Part shown: positions 47,690 through 60,145 of the stretch, one piece after another
Numbering within the stretch: the first letter of the stretch is position 1
Layout of the letters: each line of letters begins with the position of its first letter
NCBI GenBank assembly: GCA_002269645.1
Contig: NIVC01000568.1
Span: 436,039 to 500,038, forward strand
Direction: 5' to 3'
From: Macrostomum lignano
Taxonomy: Eukaryota
DNA: 64,000 nt
Made by a program: the position numbers and the translations under genes
The notes under the pieces: generated by a model
Told to the model about the DNA's origin: nothing
Database searches by the model: none
Seen by the model: the letters and a program-made list of their open reading frames with translations, nothing else

Positions 47690-48110
47690 GCTGAGCCAGA
47701 TTGGGCCTGCCCTCCCCTAGGCTGAGTTTCGTCCATCTAACTATGACTTCTCTCCTTATTGCTCTCTTATTGGCTGAGCCAGATTGGGCCTGCCCCCCCC
47801 CCCAGGCTGAGTTTCGTCCATCTAACTATGACTTCTCTCCTTATTGCTCTCTTATTGGCTGAGCCAGATTGGGCCTGCCCCCCCAGGCTGAGTTTCGTCC
47901 ATCTAACTATGACTTCTCTCCTTATTACTCTCTTATTGGCTGAGCCAGATTGGGCCTGCCCCCCCCCAGGCTGAGTTTCGTCCATCTAACTATGACTTCT
48001 CTCCTTATTACTCTCTTATTGGCTGAGCCAGATTGGGCCTGCCCCCCCCCAGGCTGAGTTTCGTCCATCTAACTATGACTTCTCTCCTTACTGCTCTCTT
48101 ATTGGCTGAA
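47690..48110. repeat. 81-85-bp minisatellite (about 5 copies) in CHC intron 10
   Basis: Unit GGCTGAGCCAGATTGGGCCTGC(C)nAGGCTGAGTTTCGTCCATCTAACTATGACTTCTCTCCTTATT.CTCTCTTATT. Confidence 0.95.
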
Positions 48111-48731
48111 CTTGATTGAGTCCGTATCCCTAAGACTGAGATTTGTCCAGTTCTTGCTTTCACTTCTGTACCTCTAGTTTAAACACACTGCGCGGACAAA
48201 CCACTAAAAATGGAGACGCTCTACTTTTTAACAATTTTATTTGCGAGTTGACACATCTACGAATAGTTATTCGAGCCAGTGAGTTGAGCAATTTTAAGAT
48301 TGTATCAAGATAGAGTCACGTGTCACATTTCGTTATTAGTGCGGGTAGCGACAGGCAGAGATAAATGAGCCAATAGGAAGTCGGGAGGAAGTAGAGATCA
48401 TACTACTGAGTTAAAAGTAGCATAAAAGTGGACTTTTATGCTTTTTTACGGTAAAGAACTGAAACTTACTGAAACTTTTTGCTTGCCCTAAATAGAATAG
48501 CGCATCCTACACTCTTATTTCAGTCCTGACGGGACTTTCTGCTAAATCTTCAATACGATAGAAAATTTCCAAATTATTCCAGCATCTGCTATTCAATTAA
48601 CTTATTTTTTATAAAGTGCCATCAGTCTTTTTGCTTCGCGGTTTTCTTTTTTCAGTGTCGGTTTTTTGTTCTATGGTTGACTATTATGACTTGATTTATT
48701 AATTAATGTATGCCAATTCCATCCCCAACAG

Positions 48732-48865
48732 GCAATCCCATGCTGATGCTCACCAACACTCCGCACTCGATGATGCCGCCTGGAGTGGCCGGCATGCCGC
48801 CTTACCAGCCTCCGCCGCCGCCTCATCAGGGCGGCTATTACCCGGGCATGCCGCAGCAGTTCTGA
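48732..48865 (+). CDS. CLTC: Clathrin heavy chain, exon 11 (C-terminus SNPMLMLTNTPHSMMPPG...GMPQQF*)
   Basis: Acceptor ccccaacag|GC is phase 1. xLMLT resembles the CHC QLMLT motif. The summed exons give about 1681 aa, the expected CHC length. Confidence 0.85.
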
Positions 48866-49811
48866 TAATAGAGGCTCCTCGAAAACAATAATGGAATTCT
48901 CTCAACTGACTACTTAGCATGCTTAGTAGTGTGATAGTAATAATGACTGGACAAGTAGACTCTGAAAATGGCATCCCTTAATCTCTATTTCCTGTCGTGC
49001 ACAATCTTGTCTTTAAGTTCGCCTAAAAACTGTTGCTTAAATTTGATTACAAACAGCTATTCGAAAAATCTAAAATTGCTTCGAAAGTCAATGAAAATCC
49101 TAATAAAAAGTCATTTTGAAAATATATGAAATATTATAAGAACTTGTTGGACACCGCGCCACTACATTTCCCTAAACTTATACTGTTTACTCAAAAACTA
49201 CCATTTTATTCCATTGTTTCAATTTTTGCTTGTCTTTTCTCTCTGCCTGTAGTTACGATTCTGTTGTTGGTTACAGCTTAATACCGCACATATAATATCT
49301 TAATGATATACAAATATGGAAATTTCTGATAAGAACAGACAGTTGGTTAATCTTTTTGACCGGCATTATTTGCCGCGTACTACTTACTGAAATGTGTGGA
49401 ACTAATAAATCCTGTTTATTTTATTGTTAGCAGTGCAATTGTCGTGGCCCTAAGAACAGCCTGTCTTCTTGTTACAACCAGAAATTTTTATTAATTAAGG
49501 TATTTAATAATTGTTTGCACTTTGGATTCAAGCGCTTTATTCCTTAAACTGTTATTCACTAATTTAGCACTGAGAATCGTTGAACCGCAGCAGAGTACAG
49601 CTGGAGTTTATGCGCAACTTATTGTTCTATCTTTATATTATTTTACTAATATTTATGAAACTGTTTACGGACGCACTATAAATCTCACCCTCGGTTATTG
49701 CCTGTCAATTTCTCTTAACTATATTTTGTTTGTTATATTTCTTGTTTCTTGTTGTCAATTCTACGTTAAATTTGTGTGTTTTGTGCCATTTTCCCTCGTC
49801 AAAGTCGTAAC

Positions 49812-49815
<4 letters not shown>

Positions 49816-49864
<49 letters not shown>
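49816..49864. repeat. (CT)n microsatellite
   Basis: Seen directly. Confidence 0.95.
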
Positions 49865-49866
<2 letters not shown>

Positions 49867-50713
49867 GTCTCTTCACAGGCTTTCCATTTTATTTCCAGTT
49901 TTTGTGTCCTGTCTGTTTCGCCACATTAATTTTGTCAAATATCTGACAGCCCTCGTGTTGTTTCACGGTTTATTAATAAAGTCATTTTACTCTTTATTCC
50001 CAAAGTAGATATTGTAGACTAATAAAGTAACAGCACGTATTTCAGCAGCTGGTTTAGCTTCGATTGTGTTTTCAAACCCCTACCATTTTGTTTAGTGATT
50101 AAATAAATTTATTATTCATAAATTAACGGACCTGTCATTAGATGAACGACAACAAAGTTTCTTTTTATTCAGGTCTGCTTTGTTTCTTCAGCTTTGCTGC
50201 TTCTCAACCACACATTGTTCCTAATTGTGCTCCAGGGCACAAGCTAGTTAATATTAGTTTTACACTAATCTATACAATAATTGTGACGTGTCATTTGTTA
50301 TGAACAGTTTTGTCCTCGTTTATAAAAGGTGGATTGCTTTACCCTGAAAATTTTGTCTGTTTCTTGTTTTAGACATGGCTTATCGCTTGGCTAATAAAAT
50401 AATACACCTGACTGATCCTTAAATACCTGGATTTATTATTCTGATTATGTCGTATAAGTGTTGTATGTGGTCTTAAATAACTTTTCTATTTTTTAGCTAG
50501 TAGCGTAGCTATAACTGTAAAATGATGGATAACTTTGGTTAGGAGGGAAAAACATTAAAATTTCGAAAATGCGAAAAGCTTTCATTTTTGGTCAAAATCA
50601 TTCAATCGTTCATCCCGTGACATCATTGCAAATCAACAGCTTCCTAGTTCTTTGCCCATTAATTTTTTTAACTTTGAGTCAGTGACGAGTCTCGCAAATA
50701 CCCTTAGCAAAAA

Positions 50714-51251
50714 GGGGTCCATGAGAATTGCCCGCCGAGATTTGCCCGCAGGAGATTTGCACGCCGAGAATTGCCCGCCGATATTTGCCCGCAGTGCATT
50801 TTGCCCGTGAGCGAATTGCCCGTGAGCGAATTGCCCGTGGAGATTTGCCCGCCGAGTTTTTTCCCGCTGAGGTTTGCCCGCAGTGCTTTTTTCCTGCAGC
50901 GCATTTATCAGCTAGATTCTGTCTGCAACCCCCCATCCCCCTAGAGAGATATGCATTTGATATGCAGTTACTATCAAAGCGTTTGATCGGGTAAATCTCT
51001 TTATTAAAAGTTACTAAGCATTGGGGAGGCAATGCAGACAAAATCTGCCGCGTGGCCAAATGCGCTGCAGGAAAAAAGCATTCGCTCTTTTTTTCGCTCG
51101 CTATCGCGGCCGTTGCGGGCAATTCACTTGCGGGCAAACTGCACTGCGGGCAAATCTCGGCGGGCAATTCTCGGCGGGCTAATCTCCACAGGCAAATCTC
51201 GGCGGGCTAATCTCCACGGGCAATTCGTCTACGGGCATTTTTCGTGCCCCC
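50714..51251. mobile_element. Foldback element with inverted arms of TTGCCCGC-type subrepeats
   Basis: The left arm has (A)TTTGCCCGC repeats and the right arm has GCGGGCAA(A)T repeats. 50881-50906 pairs with 51058-51082. Termini are GGGG / CCCC. A TSD was not cleanly resolved. Confidence 0.75.
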
Positions 51252-52283
51252 AGCAAGGGTGGTTGTAAAGATGCCTCCAAGGGCATTCCAAGTTCTAGCT
51301 CTGACTTTTTTTAACCGTATAACAAAGCTTGCTATATCAAGGTATGATGAAAAATAAATTAAAATCATATGGTTCTGAAATTTAAACGAAATAACTGTTG
51401 TAAAAACTAGCTCTCGTAGTTAAATATGATATCAATTTAAAGGACACAACAATAATCAGGTTTAATTTAAGCAATTTGTGAATTTCGCAATAGCTCACGG
51501 CACGGCCGGATAACTTCAGCAACTGTTACTAGCAAAAATCATTAACAGTAGAGCGGCAGTGACAAGCGATACCTGAACTATTTGTTTTCAATCGTGAATT
51601 TCGTGTCAATTTTATTCACTTTAAAATCATCACTTTAGTCCCAGTAGTAATGAGCCGTCACTCTAAATAATGCATCTATGAATAATCCAACTACACAGAT
51701 TTGTCTGGCAGACGTTGTGTCTTGGTCTATTGCCTGCTGTCCCTTTAGTTTGATGTGCAGTGCAAAATAGCTAGAAAAAATCAATAAGATATTAAACAAT
51801 CTATATTTTTAGCTTTTAACAGCATAGAAGGACTTTAACAGCAATGCTATTATGCTAATTTCTTATTTATTTATTTCTAGTTTAGTATTGAACTTTTACT
51901 CCATTAATTTAATGACTTAATTTTATAGAATAGGGCCAATGCATCCTAATATTAGGGCCATAGTCACTGTCATTTTAGGGGGAGAGAGTAGCCTAAACCT
52001 AGAAGTTAGGCCCCTTAAGGTTAACTCATTTATGTAGTTCAATTCATAGGGACAGGGTGGTATAGTATACCTGTATAACTTTCACTGACACATTTTAAAA
52101 CACATCTTTTGACACTTTTTATAACACTTAAAATGTTGCAAAAAGTTTTATAAAAGTATCAAAAAAGTGTTATAATAGTTAACTTTTATTGACACATTTT
52201 TAGAATGTAGGCCCTATTCCAACACTTAAAACGTCACTTAGAGCTAGGTCATGTATATATAATATACATGTACTATTCATGTA

Positions 52284-52477
52284 CAGGCGCTGCGGAACGA
52301 GTTTTTGCCAGGGGGGCAGGACCAAGTTTCCGAAACTCAAGCCCAGACCCTGACTTGGACAATGACCAAAAATTTGAGCAAAATTATGCTGTTGAACAGT
52401 ATTTGAGGGGGGGCAATGCCCCCAACTCAATGTCAAGGGGGCAGCTGCCCCCCTGCCCCCCTGTTCCGCGGCGCCTG
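52284..52477. mobile_element. hAT-type MITE, 194 bp
   Basis: TIRs CAGGCGCTGCGGAAC / GTTCCGCGGCGCCTG. 8-bp TSD TTCATGTA at 52276-52283 and 52478-52485. Confidence 0.92.
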
Positions 52478-54840
52478 TTCATGTACAATTTGTATATATA
52501 TATATGTTTCTTAAGATACTTCAGCAGCCTGCAGTATACATGTAAGACTTTTATGTGTACAAAGTATACATGTATAGGCCTATAACGCTATAAATATATC
52601 AATTAATGCAAATGATGTGCAACAGTTGCGTGAATTTCTGAGGCACTATGGTCAGTGCCCCAAAGAGTGAAGATGGCATTTCGCTAAGCAATAAGTGAGT
52701 GCATATCCATGTGTGTTGTTGAGTATCAGCAATAAAAGCATAAACAAATTTTAAAATGCAAGCTCTTCTGTTTGCAAGTAAAGTAATGAATTTAATGCTT
52801 TATTTTTCTATGCATTATGTTGTCTATAGACAAATTTCAGTTAGTTAAGTGAGCATCATTTTGCAATTGGGCCTTGGTATTGCTTAAACAAGACATTTAT
52901 CAATACCTTCTTAATGAATGAGTACAGAAGTAGACTATTGTAAATTTCAATACAGTTTATGTAACTGTATGGTATAAGTACTATTACTTTTGTGGGCATA
53001 ACTTTTGTTATTCTCTAGTATTCTCTAGTATCAATTTTGAAAATTCAAAAAGCAGTTTATAGAAAAGATTGCCACTATCAGTTCATAAAAATTTAAGTCA
53101 CAAAAAGCTATAGAATGAGAGCTATAGTTAAAATTAACACTACTTTTGGGACAACCCTCATAGATCTTGTCATTCTTTATTAGCAATAGTGGCATCAGAA
53201 CAATGCAATTTCTTTTTTAGGTAGGTGTTCAACAAAATTAGGTTGGTAGTTAGTGGCAAGATCTTAGGAACTGCAGCCCTTGTCAACTTTTAGAGTCTAA
53301 AGAGCTGACAATGAGATTGATTTTATCTAATAAGAGTCGTGAACCATAATATATTGTATTGTTTTGATGCAGATTTATTGCCTGTTTTCAATGTTGTTAC
53401 CATGCAGATCTCCATATAACAGAGGCTATTAGGCTATACTTTAGGCTATACCCTATTTTTAGGGCAAGACTTGGAATACCAACTTTAGCATTAATTTTGT
53501 ATAGCAGCCAAGTTTTTAAAGCCACACATATTCCAAGTAGCAATGACATGAAAGTCAAAATATCTAGTGTCGAGAGCAGCTAGTAGACTAAGATTTGGCT
53601 TGCTTGTTACAATTTGCTAGAGGTCGGACGAGCAAAAATTTTTGGGTCGGGCGTGAGTAGTCGTGAATAATTTCAGCTTTGCCGTGATCGTGATCGTGAT
53701 CGTGATTGGTTCGTGAAAAATTAAAAGTAAAAAATTTCCGTTCAAATTTTGTTTTTTTTTCTTCAAATTTGAATTTTTCTATCAGTTAATGTGTTTGATT
53801 CTATTTTTAAGTGCTTCTATACCATCAGCTTATACCATCTGCATCTGCCCATCTGGCTTTCTTCTCTGGTTGAGAAGGAACTCAGAGTCTGGCTGAGAAG
53901 TAAGAAGTTCTTACTTCTTAGACATTTGTGTTGCTTTTTGGCTTTCTCAAAGCTCAAACTAAGCTGAAAGCTGTAACTATTTAGTATTTTTATTTTTAAA
54001 TTTTTAATTTAAAAGTAGTATTTGCTACTATTACTATTTTAGAATTTAGTATTAAATAAATAGTTAAAACAAAAATTTCATTTCATTTTGATCATGAATT
54101 TGCATATTTGAGTTTTTCTTTCTTCTTATTATTTTTATGCTATAATAATGTATAAATAGATTAGATACTATACAGATAGATAGTTGATACTAGAGCATAA
54201 TTTTATAATCTGATTGTCTAATAGTTATTTAGTAATTATAATTTATAACTAATAATTTTTAATATATAAGCATAGTATTTTTTTACTAAAATAAATTGCT
54301 GTAAATTAAAAATTAAGGTTGACTAAGTCTAAGTACTAAGTAGCAAATATACTTGATGGATATGCTAAATTAAATTGTTATTTGCTATTGTTATTGTCAT
54401 TTGTTAATAGTAATAATAATAGTCAAACACAAATATTAAATACTTTTTCTTCTTGAATTGAATTGAATAATGAATAATATTCAATATTCAATATAGTATT
54501 AACTATTATGTACTAGTACTATCATGTGGTACACTGGTATATTGAATATGTATGCCTGATTGCCTGATGCATAGTAGTATATTTCTAATCTATATGGTTA
54601 GTCTAAAAATATTTTTTTCTAGCCTATTTGACTTTAAAGTCTGTAGTGACTTTACATTTACACTATACTGCTATACTATGCAATATTTTATTTAAAATAT
54701 AAATAAATATTTTAATTTAAAATAATATAATACTTGTTTTTTCTTTGCTTTTCTACCTAGCAAATTAAAATAGGCAATTACACAATATTACATTACAATT
54801 TACAATTTACAAATCAAACAATTTCAGCCATTCATTTGCA

Positions 54841-56351
54841 ATGGCCTCTGTTGATAAGCCAACCCAGCAACCTCGAGGAAGAGGCAGTGCTGTGTGGTTG
54901 TACTTTAAAGACGTTGAAGGAAAAGAGAATTCTGCTGCTTGCCTAGCTTGTAAGAAGGAGGTTCTACGAAACACAGGATCAACAGGCAGCATGCGAAGAC
55001 ACATAGAATCCTGCCATCCAATTCAATTCAAAGAGCTCCTAAACACTGAGGCAGATCGTGCAAAGCCAAAATGTAAAGATGGACCACAACCATTGAAGCA
55101 GCAGAAGTTGAGCACAATGTTTGCTCAAGCAAATGCTCAAGAATGGTCGGATTCGCACCCTCGTTCGGTTGCAATTGATCGAAAAATTCTCCGCTTTATT
55201 GTGTTGGATTCACAGCCATTCTCTGTGGTAGAAGGTGAAGGCTTTCGCGATCTGTTGAAAGAAGCATGTCCGCAATATCGATTGAAGAGCACTCGATTTT
55301 ATCATGACAAGCTAGAGACTCTCTATGAAGAAATTAAATTGCAGGTCCAGGACGAAATAGACAGACTGCGAGATTTCGGTTTCACGTGTGACTTGTGGAG
55401 TGACGGCCAGTTGGCACTCATGTCCTTCACAATCCATTCTATCACGCCAGATTTTGAGCGTAAGCAGCTTTTACTGTGCGTAAAGCCATTCACTGATGCC
55501 CATACTGGGCTTAACATCTCGGCCGTTTTTTCGACAACCCTTGGTGAGTGGGGCATTGGCTTAGAGCAAGTCAGCCTCCTCCTGCGTGATGGGGCCAGCA
55601 ACATGAAGCTTGCAGGAGAACTTCTGAAAGTACCATCTGCCCATTGTGCTGCCCACAAGCTGAACCTTGTTGTTAAGGATTCCATCTCCGGTCATCGAGG
55701 ACTGAAGACAATACTTGACAAAGCACGGAGCATTGTTGGCCACTTCCACCACTCTGTAACCGCTCAAGCAAACCTCAAAACACTGCAGCTCCAGCTGAAG
55801 CTACCAACACACAGCCTCGTGCAAGATGTAGACACACGCTGGAATTCAACACTAGCCATGTTACGCCGAATCAACGAGCAAGAGGAAGCGTTTAGTGTCT
55901 ATCGCACCAGACACCGACCAATTGAAATCCTGACGGACAATGAGTCAGATGTTTCAAAGAAAGCTGTCAAACTTCTTGAGATTTTTGAGGTTTTTACGCT
56001 AGAAGTCAGCAGGGAAACTGCCAGCATCTCGTGTATCTTGCCGATGGTGAAAGTGTCGCTGGAGCATCTGCAGCAGGTAGACTGCTTTGGCATCACGTAC
56101 CTTCGAGACGACCTGGTGAAAGGGTTGACTCAACGCTTCTCTGACGAAAAAAAGAGTCACCACCACATTGTTGCTACGATGTTAGACCCACGCTTCCGGC
56201 TAGATTTTTTCGATGAAGAGCAGCGCAACTTTGCTAAGGCTGAGCTCGTAAAAGCAATGAATGAAATTTTGCGTGAAACTTCTCTTCCTACTGTTGATGG
56301 CGATACAGCCATAGACGAGGACCTCTCCGATGTATCTATCGAAACTGAGCC
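54841..56351 (+). CDS. hAT transposase exon 1 (BED zinc finger plus catalytic core)
   Basis: BED finger SAVWLYF...CLACK...STGSMRRHIESCH, then TCDLWS, RDGASNM, CAAHKLNL and DVDTRWNST. Donor CC|GTGAGT. Confidence 0.93.
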
Positions 56352-56511
56352 GTGAGTATTTCCTCTATTTCATAATTCAATGTACATGTACATGTAACAA
56401 AAAAATTAAATTATAAATTACATTTGCTACATCTGTAAGTTATAAATTTTATAACTAATATATCAAAGTTCTCTTTGTTTTAACTTTTAACTTTTAATTT
56501 CACCTTTTTAG

Positions 56512-56926
56512 ACAAACTGAGTCTCAGCCTCAGCAGCTATCTATGTCAGCCCTGTTCGAGAAGTCTTCTACTTCTAGTGCTGCAGCTGCAACTCTGCGTG
56601 ACCTGTCTAGGGCCGGAACGCTACTGCCAGTTTCAAACAGAGGCAATGCTATGGACAAGTTGGCTCGTGAAATGGCAGCCTACCTATCAGAGCCTCGACT
56701 TCCATTTGAGGAAGACCCAATGAAGTTCTGGAGAGACAAGACTCCATCAACTGCAATGTCAGCACTTGTTCGGAAATTTCTGGGACCACCACCTACCAGT
56801 GTTCCAAGTGAGCGTATCTTCAGCAACGTTGGAAACATCTACGAGCCGAAACGACGTCGCCTGCTTGGCGAAACCGTTGAAAAGCTTGTTTTTATTAACT
56901 ATAATGTTCGGAAGTTTGACCCATAG
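56512..56926 (+). CDS. hAT transposase exon 2 (dimerisation domain)
   Basis: Acceptor ctttttag|A is phase 2. Encodes DPMKFW...PPTSVPSERIFS...RRRL. The spliced product is 641 aa with no stops. Confidence 0.9.
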
Positions 56927-59660
56927 AGAAATGAGCAGGGTCCATTCAATTCATTGCTGTTATTGCTGATTAGTGATTAGTTTTACTTTTTTGAAGATTG
57001 AGATCAGAGAGACAAGATAATGATAGAGAAAATAAATAATCAAAGACTATAGAACAAGTAGAGTTGGAGCTACAAGAAAAAGTTTATCGATAAGGAATAG
57101 ATAACTGTTGCTATAGTGTGTAGCTGTGTACTCTGTAGTCTGTAGACTCTGTAGTATGATTTTTTGCATGTAGCTAGTATAGTATAGATTAGACTTAAAT
57201 TAGTCATTGTAATAACACTATATGTGTAGAACGTAAAAGTAAAGTAGTAAACCTACATGTACTCTTTTATACTTCATATTCATACACTGATAAGCTTTTC
57301 TGTTTTTCACTTTTCACTGTTTTTAGTTCTGTAGGCAGCTAAGCAAGTTAACAAACACTTGTCTGTACATGTCATGTACTATCATGTAGTGAAATTTATA
57401 TACAGTCATACATATATACAATTTATATTTTCATTCAGTGCTTTTCAGTTTTAATTTTACATTTTACAAAATAAACAAAAGATTGAAAAGAATAAGGCAG
57501 TAAGCTTTGAACTTCGAAAATCCACTTTAACTTCGAACTTTCTGAACTAAGTAAAGTAAACTGAAAACTCTATTCTGTAAGTTTTGTGTTAAAACACATT
57601 CGTTGTATTTGAAAAGAAAAACAAAAACCAAGTAAGTCTACATTTAGGACTGTACACGATTGTGGTTTGGGGAACTGAAAAGTATAAACATAGTAACATC
57701 TGAAGCTGAAAGAAACCCACAATCACGATCACGCACGTGAAAAATGTTTCACGACTCGTGAATTCACGACACTGAAAAAGGTCGTGAATTCACGATATCG
57801 TGATCACGATCGTGATCACGTCCTACCCCTACAATTTGCAATTCTTTCAAAAACCAAGCAATTTCTAGCATTCTAGTAGTGCAAAGACTCACTTAACCTC
57901 TACTGGCAAGGTGCACTTCCCACAATGAGAGCCCCAGATTGATTCATAATAGCCACATCATTTCTTGCAATGGCCTTTTTGTCATCATTTCATTTGCTCA
58001 ATGGTTTCTAAAAAATCCACTGGATACTTGCTTGGAAGTAGAGCTGCTGAAATTAGAGCTTTGCCAGCTACTACAAATAACTTTTGCTTTTTTTTCACAC
58101 TATCCTCATAGTCTACTGGTCAAAATTTACATCTTTGGCAATGCTTGTACAGCTCACAAGCATGAAAAAAGCCAAAGCAGAATTTGCATAGAAGATAGCT
58201 AAAAGATATTTTGGTAGAACCTTTGTTTCAGATGACAATAATCTCTCCTTGTTTAGTTTTTGATAAAACTTGAATATTGTGCTCAAAGTTGCCTAGCAGA
58301 TATAGTTTGGTCATGGCTCACTTATACTCTTGAGAAGCCTTTGGATGAGCAGCAGCTGCAGCAACAGCAATCTCATTTTTGTGGTAACAAAGCAAGTGAT
58401 CCCATGGACAAGAACAGAGGACACCACAAAAATAGCACAAATGTCTCTTTTTCACCTTTTTATCTGCACTAGCAGCATTACATTCATCGCCAACTTCCTC
58501 CTCATTTTGACTACTCAGTGTATCATCAATGCCAGAATTTGGGTCATCAACAAGTTTGCCATCTTGAAGTTCGTGCACAAGGCTGCAGATAGCATTGTCA
58601 GTTAAAAAGAGTGCCTCAATAAATTATTAGATTACTTTATTCTTAATTCATTGCTTAGATTAGAAGCAGTAGGTGCAGCCACAGTGCCAGGATCAGCTGT
58701 TGCTGAGATGAGAGCAGCTGCTGCAGTGGCTGGGACAGAAACAGCCGCTACAGTCACTTGGACTCTTGGAGCACTCAATTTGTTGTATAAAATTGTTTTT
58801 TGCAAGTTGAATCTAAAATCTAACAAAGCACTATTCTCTATTTAGAAGCAAAAACATGCTAATTAAAGACAATTTAATTAGTGTTTCTATTAAATTATCA
58901 TTAAAAAAATTGCTCTAGCCCTATACGACACCTGATTACTATGTATTTTATTATTGATCATTTAAGCTTTCATTAAAGTCATTTTACTTGAGTTAGAAAC
59001 TATAGTTCAAGACAATTTTTGTTATTTTGAGGCAAATTTGTTTTTTATATTCTATCATTCATTTTTATTTGCTAATATGCTTAAAAGACATGGTATATAT
59101 GGTGTCTGCCAATAAGAGATTAACAGAAAGTAAGTAAGCAAGTAAAAATCAGGAATGGGTTTCTACACAACAATCCTGCATTTATACATTTGCACCCAAG
59201 CATAAATTATTTCATGATTGATAATTTTTGGGACAAAAAAAACATTTGTTTGCATAACATTTCTGTAAAAGCTTACTTATAGTAGATTAGTAAGAAAAAC
59301 CTATTTGAAAAACTCCAAAGTTTTTTTAACCTTTACAAAATATTTTAAAATCTTTAAAATTTTAGAATCCTACATAATGGGATCAATTTGTCAGTTGAGA
59401 AAGTTCACTGCCTATGTGATAGAACTATAGTTATTTTATAGTTAATATATTTACTCTATTTTTAGTTTCAGATTAGCATTCATTTTACATTGAAAGTAGT
59501 ATTATTATAACAATTTACAGTGGTAGACATCAAATATTCAAAATCTAAGCACTTTATATTGTTGGCATTTGTTTCCCACAGCGGAGCGGTTGTTCCACCG
59601 TCTCTAGCGATCTCGCTCACTGCCCAATAAATCCTAAACAACACAAGCAACTAATAAAAC

Positions 59661-59858
59661 ATGACCCGCGGCAACCAGCGCGATCTGGCTAGGGCTAAGA
59701 ATGCCAAAAAGCAGGCCGAGCAGGGCAAGAAAAAGGCCGCTAACGAGAAGAATGGCAACAGAGGCCTGACGCTGGAGGAGCGCCGTCAACGGGACGCTGA
59801 GATACTTCGACAAAAGCAGCAGAAAGCTGCTGAGAAGGCGGCCGGAGAAAATAAATGA
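59661..59858 (+). CDS. SERF: Small EDRK-rich factor (SERF / MOAG-4 / 4F5 family), 65 aa
   Basis: MTRGNQRDLARAKNAKK and RRQRDAEILRQKQQK match the family signature. A splice acceptor lies upstream at 59580-59581 and AATAAA at 60059. Confidence 0.92.
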   Translation: MTRGNQRDLARAKNAKKQAEQGKKKAANEKNGNRGLTLEERRQRDAEILRQKQQKAAEKAAGENK

Positions 59859-60080
59859 TGGACAGGTGGCGAAGAGAAGAGGGGGAGCTGTCGATAAGAC
59901 TCTTAATCCTGGACTAATATTCGTGCGCATACAGCAGTTCTCTACTTGCCCGACTGCTTTTAAGCAAGTTAATAAGTCCAAGTTTATACATGCGCAACCC
60001 CGCTGATTTACACCGGCCGTACGACTTACTTTTTGACCAAAAATGCAACTTAACTATGAATAAAACAAGCAAAGTTTTTT

Positions 60081-60145
60081 GGGTCAACGGCGGGAGTAAC
60101 TATAACTGTATTATTGAGCCTAAATGCATCGTCAGGTAATTAGTG
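60081..60145 (+). pseudogene. Degenerate 65-nt fragment of large-subunit (28S) rRNA, helix 68-71 region
   Basis: Collinear with the conserved eukaryotic sequence GGGTAAACGGCGGGAGTAACTATGACTCTCTTAAGGTAGCCAAATGCCTCGTCATCTAATTAGTG (recalled from memory, not aligned by tool). Confidence 0.75.

Larger units (their letters stand above)
53618..57831 (+). mobile_element. Full-length hAT DNA transposon (4214 bp)
   Basis: Imperfect TIRs TAGAGGTCGGACG / rc TAGGGGTAGGACG. 8-bp TSD CAATTTGC at 53610-53617 and 57832-57839. CGTGAT/ATCACG subterminal repeats at both ends and a transposase inside. Confidence 0.93.

Noticed and set aside
58318-58826. Short minus-strand ORFs, one with a CxxC...H...H pattern
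   Set aside because: The spacing does not fit a C2H2 finger, the ORFs start at non-ATG codons, and no consistent exon chain was found.
59634-59981. Hydrophobic antisense ORF
   Set aside because: It is the shadow of the Lys/Gln-rich SERF CDS.
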